This document shows, in pieces, positions 1-9,341 of a DNA stretch of 37,610 bases (position 1 is its first letter; every line of letters begins with the position of its first letter). This DNA is from Chrysochromulina tobinii (lineage: Eukaryota): assembly GCA_001275005.1 (NCBI GenBank), contig JWZX01002199.1, positions 1 through 37,610 of the forward strand, in the 5' to 3' direction. The notes beneath the pieces are model-generated. The model did not search any database. It was given only the letters and a program-made list of their open reading frames with translations, and had not been told where the DNA came from. Position numbers and translations under genes: made by a program.

Positions 1-289
1 CGCACCGGAAGGCGACCTGAAGGCCAGGTTGGCCTCCTCGCTTCATTGTTTGGAAAAGAACACGAGGCTCCTGTCGGTGCCGAGGTGGCGAAGAAGCGAC
101 ATGCGATGATGCCGACGTCAGAGAGAGAGATGGCCGCGAAGAAACCACGCTTCGTTTTTGTCCCCTGAACTTTGCGCCAACATGACGCCAAATACGAAAC
201 GGAAAAATGTCCGAGATTGTTGAGGGGTTCTACATTCAAATAATATCCGCACTTGACGATCGTCCATTATTTTGACCCCGATTCGGCGC

Positions 290-423
290 TCGATCCCTGT
301 CTCAACACCTGTCTCAACACCTGTTTTCCTGTCTCATCACTTGGTGTCTCAACACCTGTTTTGGTGTCTCAACACTTGATACTTAACGAAAAAAAGTGTC
401 TCAATGTTAAACCCACCCCCCTG
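290..423 (-). mobile_element. Probable terminus of a hAT-like DNA transposon extending leftwards out of the window
   Basis: Six copies of TGTCTCAACAC or variants (298, 310, 330, 345, 365, 397) precede ...ACCCACCCCCCTG ending at 423. This reads CAGGGGGG... on the minus strand, like hAT termini with subterminal repeats. The partner end is not in the window. Confidence 0.5.
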
Positions 424-887
424 GCTATAACCGTCGATTCAGCCATTACCGACCCCGTCCCCGACTAGCGAGTTGTTCCGCGTTAACGTGGCGCGACCGC
501 CGACCGCCGACCGGCAACGCGGCGTGCGTAAGTGCGAAAGAAGCCTCCCGATCCGTCGAAGCTCGAACGAAGTGTCACGGAAGTCGACAGCTCGACACGT
601 GTCAGCGGTGTCGCACGTCGGATGCGTATCCCGAACAATACCGTACAGAACTAGAATCGCTCGAACGACACCCCGGCGACCGCCGACGTCCCGGTTCGCC
701 CCGGAGGCGGAGCCCGACTCTAGCCGGCGCGGCTGTGCGGCGGCCTCCGCCGGCGGCGCTGGGCGAACCGGCGCGGGGCGAACCGGGGAGGGGCTTCCTC
801 TGAGCTCTGTGGCCACCTCCGCGCTCTTCTCCTGGCGGCCCAAGAGCGTACACAAGCCGTAGCAGGCGCGTGACAGACCGGCGATCA

Positions 888-1871
888 TCACTTGACCTTA
901 CTCGCCAGCGTCTCGCTGTCGTGCCGGCGCGCGTAACGGCGGCCCCACATGTCAAAGTACACGCTGACCGCCGACTCGATGAGCGACACGAGTGGCGCGA
1001 GCAGCGCCTCGCAGCACGGAAAGGCACGCGGCGAGACGCCTGAGCACGAGGAGACGAGCAGATTGATGCCCGGATCGGGCGCTGGCAGGTGGTAGAGGCC
1101 GCGCTCGGCGCCCCTGAGCATCGACTCGGCGACGCTGGCCGCGGAGTAGATGTCCACGGGCACCATCTTCAGGGTTTCGATCGGCTTGGACTTGTTCTCG
1201 TGCTCGAAGCCGGGGGTCTCCGTGTCGGGCGGGTACGCGATCTGCACGGCCACGTTGAAGCCGACGAGCTCGTTGCGCAGGCAGTCGGTGAGCCCACGAA
1301 GCGCGTGCTTCGCGGGAGCGTAAGACGAGTAGCCCATGAAGCCCACCACCGACATGGCCGAGCCGACCACGATGATGTGGCCACGCCGACGCGCCACCAT
1401 CGGCTCGACAACCGCCTTGATGGAGCGCACCGTGCCCACATAGTTAAGCTCCATCGCGCGGCCGTAGTCGTCAGCGCTCGTGTGCAGGAAGAGGCCCGGT
1501 TGAGCCGCGCCCGCGCATGCGATAAGCACTTCGACATCGCCAAATGTCGTAGACGCCTCCGCAACGGCCGCAGCCAGCTGAGCGCTATCGGTGATGCTCG
1601 CGCACGCGTATTGACAGTATCCCCCGGGCTGATCGGCGGTGAGCTCGTCTTTGGCCTTCTGCAGGGTGGCCTTGGTGCGCGCGAGGATTGTGACTCGCGC
1701 GCCGCGTGCGAGGAGCCTTGCGGCGAGCGCCTTGCCGATGCCCTGCGATCCGCCGGTGATGAGCACGTGCTTGTTTGCAAAGGAGTGACGAGGGAGGAAG
1801 TACCGGCGGACGAGGTCAAAGGTGAGCGCGCAGGCGAAGAGACCGGGGAAGAGCCACAGCCAGGACGGCAT
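888..1871 (-). CDS. KDSR: 3-ketodihydrosphingosine reductase (SDR family, KDSR/TSC10-like)
   Basis: N-terminal hydrophobic anchor, Rossmann motif TGGSQGIG, catalytic YAPAK (YxxxK), and the KDSR-typical YPPDTETPGF segment. Confidence 0.9.
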   Translation of the reverse strand: MPSWLWLFPGLFACALTFDLVRRYFLPRHSFANKHVLITGGSQGIGKALAARLLARGARVTILARTKATLQKAKDELTADQPGGYCQYACASITDSAQLAAAVAEASTTFGDVEVLIACAGAAQPGLFLHTSADDYGRAMELNYVGTVRSIKAVVEPMVARRRGHIIVVGSAMSVVGFMGYSSYAPAKHALRGLTDCLRNELVGFNVAVQIAYPPDTETPGFEHENKSKPIETLKMVPVDIYSAASVAESMLRGAERGLYHLPAPDPGINLLVSSCSGVSPRAFPCCEALLAPLVSLIESAVSVYFDMWGRRYARRHDSETLASKVK

Positions 1872-1946
1872 CGTGTGCTCGTCCTTCGAAATTCCGCAAA
1901 TTCAAAGCTCCAGTCCCGCCCATCGACCATCGCGGCAGACAAGGAG
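1872..1946. promoter_or_regulatory. Putative compact bidirectional promoter between KDSR and myosin
   Basis: Only 75 bp separate the divergent ATGs at 1871 (-) and 1947 (+); the core is relatively AT-rich (TTCGAAATTCCGCAAATTCAAAG). Confidence 0.5.
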
Positions 1947-4900
1947 ATGGACGACCTCCAGTCCCTCCCATCGCTGACAGACACATCGCTGCTCGAGGCG
2001 CTGCAGCAACGGCACAAGAAGCGCCATGTGTACACGTACAGTGGCTCGCGCGTCGTCGTCTCCGTCAACCCGTTCGACTGGAGCACCTCGCTGCCACTCT
2101 ACGCGGAGGAGGTAAGGGCCCAATACCGCAAGGCACCCGAGGGCGACCTTAGCGGTGGCCGGCGGGTGCTGCCGCCGCACCTGTACGCGGTCGCCGAGCA
2201 GGCCCGGCGCCGGCGGGCTGTCCTAGGCGCGTCGCAGGCGCTCCTCATCGGAGGCGAGAGCGGCGCAGGCAAGACGGAGGCTGTCAAGATCCTCATGCAG
2301 TACATGTGCAAGGCGAGCATCGCGCCGACACCCGCCGAACGAGCGGCTGGTGTCCTCGCCACGAATGATGCAAACGCGCTCGTCGAGCGGCTCGTAGAGC
2401 TCAACCCGCTCCTTGAGGCCTTTGGCAACGCGACCACAGCGCTGAACCACAACTCGTCTCGCTTCGGCAAGTTGATTACCCTCGAGTACGCAGGCACGGA
2501 GGGGGTCGAAAGCGGGACGGAGGGAGGCGCACTCTCTGCAAACATCGTGGGCGGGCGGGTCAGTTGCTACCTGCTCGAAAAGGTCCGCGTCGTCCACCAC
2601 GCTGAGGGCGAGTCTGGCTTCCACATCTTCTACCAGCTGCTCTCCGGTGCGAATCCGCAGCTGCTCAAACGCCTAGGCCTCGGTGCGCCGGCTGAGCATA
2701 CGTACTTGCAGCCACGGCAAGCACGCTTGGCTGCCACGACCGACCAGGTGCAGCGTGGGAGTCGCGCGGCGTCGGCGTCGGCGCGGGAGTCGCTGCTGTT
2801 GCGCTGCCACGGAGCCGAGGCGTGGCAAACGACTTTAGCCGCGGCGCGCGCTGTCGGGCTGAAGGCTGAAGAGATGGAGCACGTGTGTGAGCTGCTCGCG
2901 GCCGTGGTCCACCTTGGCGACGTGCGCGTACACGAGCGTGAGGAAGGGCTTGCCGCATGCTCGCCCGCCTCAGACCGCTCGGCTCGTCTCGCTGCTGAGC
3001 TCCTTCAACTCCCACGCGATAAGCTGCAGCGTGTTCTGTGCATCCGCGTGGTGGAGGTGGGTGGGCAGACCCTTGAATGCGGTCGCAGCGCCGAGCAGGC
3101 GCGTGCCTCGGCCGACGCGCTCGCCAAGCGCCTTTACACGATGCTCTTTGGATGGCTCGTCACGCGGATCAACGAGCGCATCTCGACGGAAATCTCGATC
3201 TCGACGGAAATCTCGTCGGAGCCACTCCCCAATGGCGCCGGCGTGCCGCGCCTTTGTACGCCGGGCGCATCCGACGCTGTCGTGCTGCTGCTCGACCTCT
3301 TCGGCTTCGAGAACCTTGAGATCAACTCCTTGGAGCAGCTGTGCATCAACTACGCGAACGAAAGCCTGCAACAGCTGTTCAATGCTGACGTCTTCGCTGC
3401 GGCGGCGGTGGAGGCGCGCGCCGAAGGGCTAGACCTCGGCGCCACGGCCTACGCGGACAATAGCGCGTGCGTCGCGCTGCTCGACGCTCGTGGCCCGCCG
3501 CCCGGGCTGCTACCCTTGCTCAACGAGGAGTGCGCGCTTGGAGACGGCACCGACGCCAATTTCCTCCTCAAGTTGAGTCACGCACACCGGAGCAACCCGT
3601 ACTTTCGCATCCCGGGAGCGGGCGCCGCCGCCGCCGCCGCCGCTGGCATCGCACGTGCGCCCGGCATGCATGGGGCCGGGCGGAAGGCTGGTGGGCAATC
3701 TCGCATGCCGCATGCCGAACGGATCGTCTCGCCGCCGCGCCGGCCACGCACGTCAAATGAACTGCTCGGGCGGCACGGTGGCGGCGGCGCCGGCAGGCCA
3801 GGCGCGCGCACGCATTTTGCCATCAGGCACTATGCGGCTGAGGTCGTGTACGACTGCGAGGGATTTCGCGCCAAGAATGCCGACGTGCGTGAGCCAGCTC
3901 ACTTCGAGATGCTGCTCGGTGCCGGCCACCCTTTGCTCGCGCAGCTCGTGAAGCACGAGGCGCTGATTGGCGACGGCGCGGGCGCCACCGGCTCCTTTGG
4001 CACCATGTCCACCTCCTCCGAGGACTCGACCCATAGCGATGACGCTGCGGGCTATGGTCGTCGCGCTGGGTGCTCACGCGACGCGGCGGCGTGGAGTCGC
4101 ACAGCTCGCGTCACCTCAGGGGGTCGGCAGGCACAGGCCGCGCTGATGGGCTCTGCGCACACGCGGCGAAAGACGACCCACACCATCAGCGGTCAGTTCG
4201 TGCGCCAACTGCGGTCGCTCTGCGAGACGCTCGGTGCCGCCGAGTGCCAGTACGTGCGGTGCATTAAACCGAATGCCCAGGCAGCCGCAACTGCTTGGGA
4301 CGCATCCTTCGTGTCACGTCAGCTCGCGCACGGTGGCATCTTCGAGGCTGCCCGCGCCGCGCGGCGCGGCTACGAGCATCGGCTTGAGCTTGCCTTCTTC
4401 GTAGGGCGATACCGGTGCCTCGAGCCGACCAAGAGGGTATCCGCAGCTGGCCGCTCGCGCACGCAAATCGCAGCCGCGCATCGGGGCGTGAGCGGCGCCA
4501 AAGTGATGCACGTCGAGGTGATCCGCGATGAGAGCGCCGAGGCTCTCAGGCAGCGTGCGAACGCCCTCTGTACAACACACCTGCGCCCTGCCTCCGCGCA
4601 CCGCTCGGATGCGAGGGCGCCCTCCTCGCCCATTCTCGGGCTCAGCTGGGTGCAATCAGCGATGCAGAACGTCTTCGCCTCGCCTTCACGCCCAGCCACG
4701 TCATCTCGCTCGAGGGATGGTTCACCCTCGTCCCTTACCACACCTGCCCCAGCTCGCTTCCTCGTCGGGCTAACCAAGGTCTTCCTGCGTGCCGAAGCGC
4801 TCAACTCTCTCGATGAGCGCCGCCGGTACATCCGAAATCGCGCCGCGTTGTGCGTGCAGGCTGCCGCTCGGCGTAAGGGAGCAATGCGTGAGCGGAGGGC

Positions 4901-7805
4901 CCTGCTAGCTCGGGCCGCTGCTGCCCACGGCGCGGCCGTGGCGATGCAATCTGCTACCCGCGGGCATCGCGCTCGTCGCCACGTTGGAGCAGCTAAGGTG
5001 GCTCGAGCTCAGGCGGCTGCGAAGGCTGAGGCTGCCGCGAAGGCTGAGGCTGCTGCGAGGGCTGAGGCTGCCGCGAAGGCTGAGGCTGCTGCTAGGGCTG
5101 AGGCTGCTGTGAAGGCTGAGGCTGCTACGAAGGCTGAGGCTGCTACGAAGGCTGAGGCTGCTACGAAGGCTGAGGCTGCCGCGAAGACTGAGGCCGAGGC
5201 GCTTGCGGCGGCTGAAGCCGCGACCAAGGATCAGGCAGCGGCCGAGGATCAGGCGGCGGCCGACGTGAAGACCAAGGGAAAGACCCGAAAGGCTCTCTCC
5301 ACGCAAGACTCTTTACTCATCCAAATGGAGCGAGCACCGTTGGCGGAGCAGTCCTCAAACCGTGTGAGCGTTGGCACCTCCCCTTTCCCGCACTCGCGGT
5401 TGACGCAACTGAGCTCTCATGGCATCGCCAACGCGGCCGCCGACCGTGTCAAGGCGCTCATCGCTGAGGGACATGAGCTGCAAGCCGAAGCGGAGCAAAA
5501 GCAGGCGGCTGCACGGGCGACGGTGGAGGCGCAGGCGACTGCCAGTACGCGTCGCGCTGCGGCCGAAGCACGACAGGTCGAGGCCATCTACCGATGGGCG
5601 ACCGCATCGGCGGCTAGGACGGCCCAAGCCCCCTCGCCGATGCGCAGCCGTGCGGGCGTTGTGACACCTTCGCCCCTCACATTCGGCTCGGCGGTGGCCT
5701 CGCCCGCGTTTCGAGGCCACGGTGGCGGACGCCGCAGTAGCGCCAGCGAGTGCGGCGGGGTTGGCGCAGTCAGCGGCAGTGGTATGATCATGCCACTGCC
5801 AGGCTTGATCTCACCGAGCCGCGCGCATCTCGCTGAGGTTGCGCACATATGCCGTCAGCTCGAGAACTGGCCCATCGATGCGCCGCGAGAGCCTCGGCTG
5901 GACAGGCTGCTGCGCCGCCTGCACGCACTCCGTCGCGAAGTTGCCAACGGCCCCGACGCATCCTCAGAAGTGGACTGTGGGCGCGAGCCGTATCTGCCAA
6001 AGGAAAATACCTTCAGAGAGGGCATCGACAAGCTTGGCAAAGACCTTTCCAAAGGGCGCCTTTCAAATCTTGTCAGCGGCAGCACACCAGAGAATGGCGC
6101 GAGCGAGCCGGCTTCAGTGGCGGCGCCGAGAACGCCCTTCACACCTCAACCGCTGAGTTCCGGCACGGCGGACGCCAAGGATGGGGCTCCGCCGGTGCGC
6201 TCGATGCTCCCCTTGCTAGCAGAGCTCGCCGTGACCGCAGCGGCCGCCGCTTCGGCGAGCCCGATGGCGGACGACCCGATCGTCCGAGCCGCAGTGCGCG
6301 CGACTGAGCTCGCAGTGCTTCAGATAGCGCTTGGCAGCCGTCACTCGCTGAGCCCTTCAAAGGAGCCCTCGCCGTCGGGCGAGACGTTACGCGCCTCCAT
6401 CGACGCGTCGACGACTTTAGGAACCCCCATATTGGGCAACATGCCTCGGAGCCGAACTTCGGAGGGGAGCGTCGGCTCTGGCCTCGCCGCCTGGAACGAG
6501 GCCGAAGCGCTGACGCAGGCAGGGCGCGTGGCGCAAGCTGTATGTCAGCTCCACTGCGCACTGCGTTCGCCCCGCGCCCTCGATGGCTGTGTGGACCAGC
6601 GCGTCTCGGAACCCGTCACGAGCGGATGCACCATGCTGCCAGAGGATGAGGAGACGTCCATTCGTGCACGGTGCGGCCCTCCTCGGTGGCCAGAGGCTGC
6701 GGGCCGCAGCACGACCCACCCCGCCGATGACGGCCCCAGTTTCGACCAAACGGGCGAGCCCAACGAGCTGGCGCTCGCCGCACGCACTATGCAGGAGAGC
6801 CTTGCGCAGGTGGAGACGTTGTGCGCCCGACAGGCCGAGCAGCTCGAGGCGCTGCGTGAGCAAGCAACCGTCCAGTTATGCTCACAGATCGAGGCGGCAG
6901 CCGCTGACGCGACCGCCCTCGCTCAGCCCTCGGCGTCTTCACAGACCCTCGACGTCTTCGCACTCTTCGACGTCAACCGCACCGGACGTATCACCCTCGC
7001 AAACCTGCGGCAGGTGGCGACGATGCTTGGCATTCCAGTGGAGAACCATACGCTGCAACGCATGATCAGCAAGGCTGACGTCAACGGAGATGGTTCGGTG
7101 AATAGAGGCGAGTTTGCACGCCTCTTCGAGAGCCCCGCTGTGAACCTCGACAATAGCGACCTCTGCGACCCCGCGGCCGCCACTGTCCATGGCGCCGCGG
7201 TGCTTTGCACACCTCCCGCTATCCGCGAAAGCGACAGTTCGCATGCGGGGGTTTCATCGGCTGCTGGCACCGCCGGAGCTCGCGAGGATGCCATGCGCTC
7301 CGCCAGCTTGCTCCCTCGTTGGTTGCCGTTGGTTTTGCCGGCGCTCCTGCTGCTGCTGCTTTCGAGCATGTGGCTGCTATGCTGGCTCGGGTCGCGCTGG
7401 ATCGGGCGGTCCCTCGGTAGCCTCGAGGAAGTAGTGCCCTCGGCGGCCGTCGGAGAGGTCGGAAATCCGAGCCTCGGGTTAGAACTTCGCCAGCCTTCTC
7501 CCCTCCAACGGCCCCTTGCGTGGGCGATGAGCATCGCTGGTTCGAAGCTGGCGCGAATTGGCCGCGAGTTGAACAAGGCAAGCTGGGCACACATGCTGCA
7601 GACCAGGCTGCAGATGCGCTCGATCAGCTCAGCGCGTGATGGTGCCGCGGCCGCGGAGAACGAGCAGCAGCGCCTCGCGCACTTCCTAAGGCAGCTTGGA
7701 GGCCTCGACGGGTGGCCAAGGGGCATGGATCGAATGCCGGCGGAGCAACCTCCGATCCGCTTGTCACAGGCAATCTTGGAGATGTACGGACGGCGCCTCG
7801 AGTAA
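1947..7805 (+). CDS. Unconventional myosin heavy chain: motor, 2 IQ, Ala/Glu/Lys helical repeat, EF-hand pair, C-terminal transmembrane segment
   Basis: Start MDDLQSLPSL matches the start of a myosin motor. Motifs seen: PPHLYAVA, P-loop GESGAGKT, NPLLEAFGNA, switch-1 NHNSSRFGK, DALAK, switch-2 DLFGFE, EQLCINYANE, YVRCIKPN, GLTKVFLR. IQ-like VQAAARRKGAMR and MQSATRGHRARR. EF loops DVNRTGRITLANL and DVNGDGSVNRGEF. Hydrophobic WLPLVLPALLLLLLSSMWLLCWLG. The ORF-track start at 1089 is an antisense extension over KDSR. Confidence 0.92.
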   Translation: MDDLQSLPSLTDTSLLEALQQRHKKRHVYTYSGSRVVVSVNPFDWSTSLPLYAEEVRAQYRKAPEGDLSGGRRVLPPHLYAVAEQARRRRAVLGASQALLIGGESGAGKTEAVKILMQYMCKASIAPTPAERAAGVLATNDANALVERLVELNPLLEAFGNATTALNHNSSRFGKLITLEYAGTEGVESGTEGGALSANIVGGRVSCYLLEKVRVVHHAEGESGFHIFYQLLSGANPQLLKRLGLGAPAEHTYLQPRQARLAATTDQVQRGSRAASASARESLLLRCHGAEAWQTTLAAARAVGLKAEEMEHVCELLAAVVHLGDVRVHEREEGLAACSPASDRSARLAAELLQLPRDKLQRVLCIRVVEVGGQTLECGRSAEQARASADALAKRLYTMLFGWLVTRINERISTEISISTEISSEPLPNGAGVPRLCTPGASDAVVLLLDLFGFENLEINSLEQLCINYANESLQQLFNADVFAAAAVEARAEGLDLGATAYADNSACVALLDARGPPPGLLPLLNEECALGDGTDANFLLKLSHAHRSNPYFRIPGAGAAAAAAAGIARAPGMHGAGRKAGGQSRMPHAERIVSPPRRPRTSNELLGRHGGGGAGRPGARTHFAIRHYAAEVVYDCEGFRAKNADVREPAHFEMLLGAGHPLLAQLVKHEALIGDGAGATGSFGTMSTSSEDSTHSDDAAGYGRRAGCSRDAAAWSRTARVTSGGRQAQAALMGSAHTRRKTTHTISGQFVRQLRSLCETLGAAECQYVRCIKPNAQAAATAWDASFVSRQLAHGGIFEAARAARRGYEHRLELAFFVGRYRCLEPTKRVSAAGRSRTQIAAAHRGVSGAKVMHVEVIRDESAEALRQRANALCTTHLRPASAHRSDARAPSSPILGLSWVQSAMQNVFASPSRPATSSRSRDGSPSSLTTPAPARFLVGLTKVFLRAEALNSLDERRRYIRNRAALCVQAAARRKGAMRERRALLARAAAAHGAAVAMQSATRGHRARRHVGAAKVARAQAAAKAEAAAKAEAAARAEAAAKAEAAARAEAAVKAEAATKAEAATKAEAATKAEAAAKTEAEALAAAEAATKDQAAAEDQAAADVKTKGKTRKALSTQDSLLIQMERAPLAEQSSNRVSVGTSPFPHSRLTQLSSHGIANAAADRVKALIAEGHELQAEAEQKQAAARATVEAQATASTRRAAAEARQVEAIYRWATASAARTAQAPSPMRSRAGVVTPSPLTFGSAVASPAFRGHGGGRRSSASECGGVGAVSGSGMIMPLPGLISPSRAHLAEVAHICRQLENWPIDAPREPRLDRLLRRLHALRREVANGPDASSEVDCGREPYLPKENTFREGIDKLGKDLSKGRLSNLVSGSTPENGASEPASVAAPRTPFTPQPLSSGTADAKDGAPPVRSMLPLLAELAVTAAAAASASPMADDPIVRAAVRATELAVLQIALGSRHSLSPSKEPSPSGETLRASIDASTTLGTPILGNMPRSRTSEGSVGSGLAAWNEAEALTQAGRVAQAVCQLHCALRSPRALDGCVDQRVSEPVTSGCTMLPEDEETSIRARCGPPRWPEAAGRSTTHPADDGPSFDQTGEPNELALAARTMQESLAQVETLCARQAEQLEALREQATVQLCSQIEAAAADATALAQPSASSQTLDVFALFDVNRTGRITLANLRQVATMLGIPVENHTLQRMISKADVNGDGSVNRGEFARLFESPAVNLDNSDLCDPAAATVHGAAVLCTPPAIRESDSSHAGVSSAAGTAGAREDAMRSASLLPRWLPLVLPALLLLLLSSMWLLCWLGSRWIGRSLGSLEEVVPSAAVGEVGNPSLGLELRQPSPLQRPLAWAMSIAGSKLARIGRELNKASWAHMLQTRLQMRSISSARDGAAAAENEQQRLAHFLRQLGGLDGWPRGMDRMPAEQPPIRLSQAILEMYGRRLE
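5025..5186 (+). repeat. Coding 18-bp tandem repeat, 9 units of AEAA(A/V/T)(K/R)
   Basis: GCTGAGGCTGCxxxGAAG/AGG repeated nine times in frame just after the IQ motifs. Confidence 0.9.
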
Positions 7806-8342
7806 ACAAGGGGTGAGGCGGATAATAGCTCGAGCATCGATGGACATTCTTGTCATATTGCATGCAATGACTATGACAGTCGTGGAAATCAAACTGGGAT
7901 AACAGCTCACAACTGCAGGAGAGGAAGTGAAGGATAATCAGCAAGAGGCGTGTTTCTGCCCGCTGCGGCGTGTGCCGGTTCTGCCGAAACTTTAAAAAGC
8001 GGTACGGGCAACCGGGGGAGATCGATAATTATTAAATTCCTATGATGTTTGCTTATACGGAAATACGTGAAGCGCATAGACCCTCTCTTAAATACACGAT
8101 TCACATAACAGAGCCCGACAGGTAGTCGGTCTTGCGCCCGGCCTCCACGCAACCACGGGCCGGCCGTACCGGCGCGAGCGGGCCACCCCGGTGAAACACG
8201 ACGGACAGTTGAAGCTGATACCGACCAGCGGGCGGCCCAAGCTTGTCACGGGCGACACTTCACCCCAGGGGACAGTCACATCGAACCAGCGCGAGCATTA
8301 CGACTTCGGTGGTTTGCACGAGGCGATGCGTCGCAAACGTCA

Positions 8343-9077
8343 TCAACGCACTGAACGCATCGACGTACGTGAGCACGCACAAGGGCAGTCAAAGCAGGCC
8401 AGGCAAAGCTCTGGTGGAGTGCCGTCTACGTGCCGCACACGCAATGAGACGGGCAGTTTGGATCGCCGCACGTTGGCGGGATCGGGCGGCGATAGAGAGC
8501 CGAGAGCAGCCACGCTAGAAGCTATGGTCGCGTGGCGACGATCATCTGCTGGATCGGGCGATGATGCGAGCGGTGAGCGCGAGCCGGCCACGGCAACGGA
8601 GGACTCATTTGGAAGCTGACTCAATTGCCTAATTGCCACTGGCACCACCGTGAGTAGGTTCAGGTCTGCACCTGGCACCGCATTCGTATGATTGTCGTCC
8701 ACTTGAGCTCGGACGACCGATGGGCTTTCAGTCTGCGGTTCGACCTTCGGCTCCAATTTCCGCTCTTGAAGTTTGCTCCGGAGGGATGAGGCTCGCTGGC
8801 GAACTCGATTAAGCGCCTGGTTAAGATTGGCCTCGCGCTGCAGTAAGTTTTGCAATTGCTCCTCCGGCGTCTCCTTTGCGTCAGGCAGCGAAGCGTCAAG
8901 CTCCAGCTCCATCGCGCATCGACGTCGAGGCTTTTTCCACACACACCACCATGTTGCCTGGAAAACAAGTCCCAATCCGAGGAGCAGGAGCAACCACGCC
9001 GCGCAGATCTCTTCCCATTCCAACGGCATGTCTTTCGGCGCGGGTCGTGCCCTCATGTACGAGCGTGAATGCGCCAT
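8343..9077 (-). CDS. Hypothetical protein with one transmembrane segment and a short coiled coil
   Basis: Hydrophobic ICAAWLLLLLGLGLVFQATWWCVW followed by basic KKPRRR and heptad-like EQLQNLLQREANLNQALNRVRQRASSLRSKLQ. Start could be 9077 or 9029; no family recognised. Confidence 0.45.
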   Translation of the reverse strand: MAHSRSYMRARPAPKDMPLEWEEICAAWLLLLLGLGLVFQATWWCVWKKPRRRCAMELELDASLPDAKETPEEQLQNLLQREANLNQALNRVRQRASSLRSKLQERKLEPKVEPQTESPSVVRAQVDDNHTNAVPGADLNLLTVVPVAIRQLSQLPNESSVAVAGSRSPLASSPDPADDRRHATIASSVAALGSLSPPDPANVRRSKLPVSLRVRHVDGTPPELCLACFDCPCACSRTSMRSVR

Positions 9078-9341
9078 CGCGCAGCAGGCCAGGCGGAAAA
9101 AAGTTCGTGAGCTGTTACGCGTCAAGTTCTCTAGTCAAGTTCAAGTAACGCTCGTTTTCAGATAGATGTACGCGGAGGGGCTGCGGAGCGCGCTGTCGGC
9201 CAGCCGACGCTCACCCGCTGCAGTGTTCTAGTGTGTTCTGCACCACTGCGTGCGTCTCGCGGCTGAGACGGCAATGGTGGTGCTCCTTATGGAAACACCG
9301 GGGTCCTCACCCAGGCGGCGTCTTTGCACGGCTAGCCCGTC

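Noticed and set aside
298..405. Short repeats as a possible CRISPR array
   Set aside because: Units are 11 bp with irregular 1-21 bp gaps, there are no cas genes, and the context is eukaryotic. They fit transposon subterminal repeats better.
439..891. ORFs on both strands downstream of KDSR
   Set aside because: Low-complexity Arg/Ala/Pro translations with no recognisable motif; expected by chance at this GC content.
1089..1946. 286-aa N-terminal extension of the myosin ORF in the ORF track
   Set aside because: It is the stop-free antisense frame of KDSR; myosin similarity begins at the ATG at 1947.
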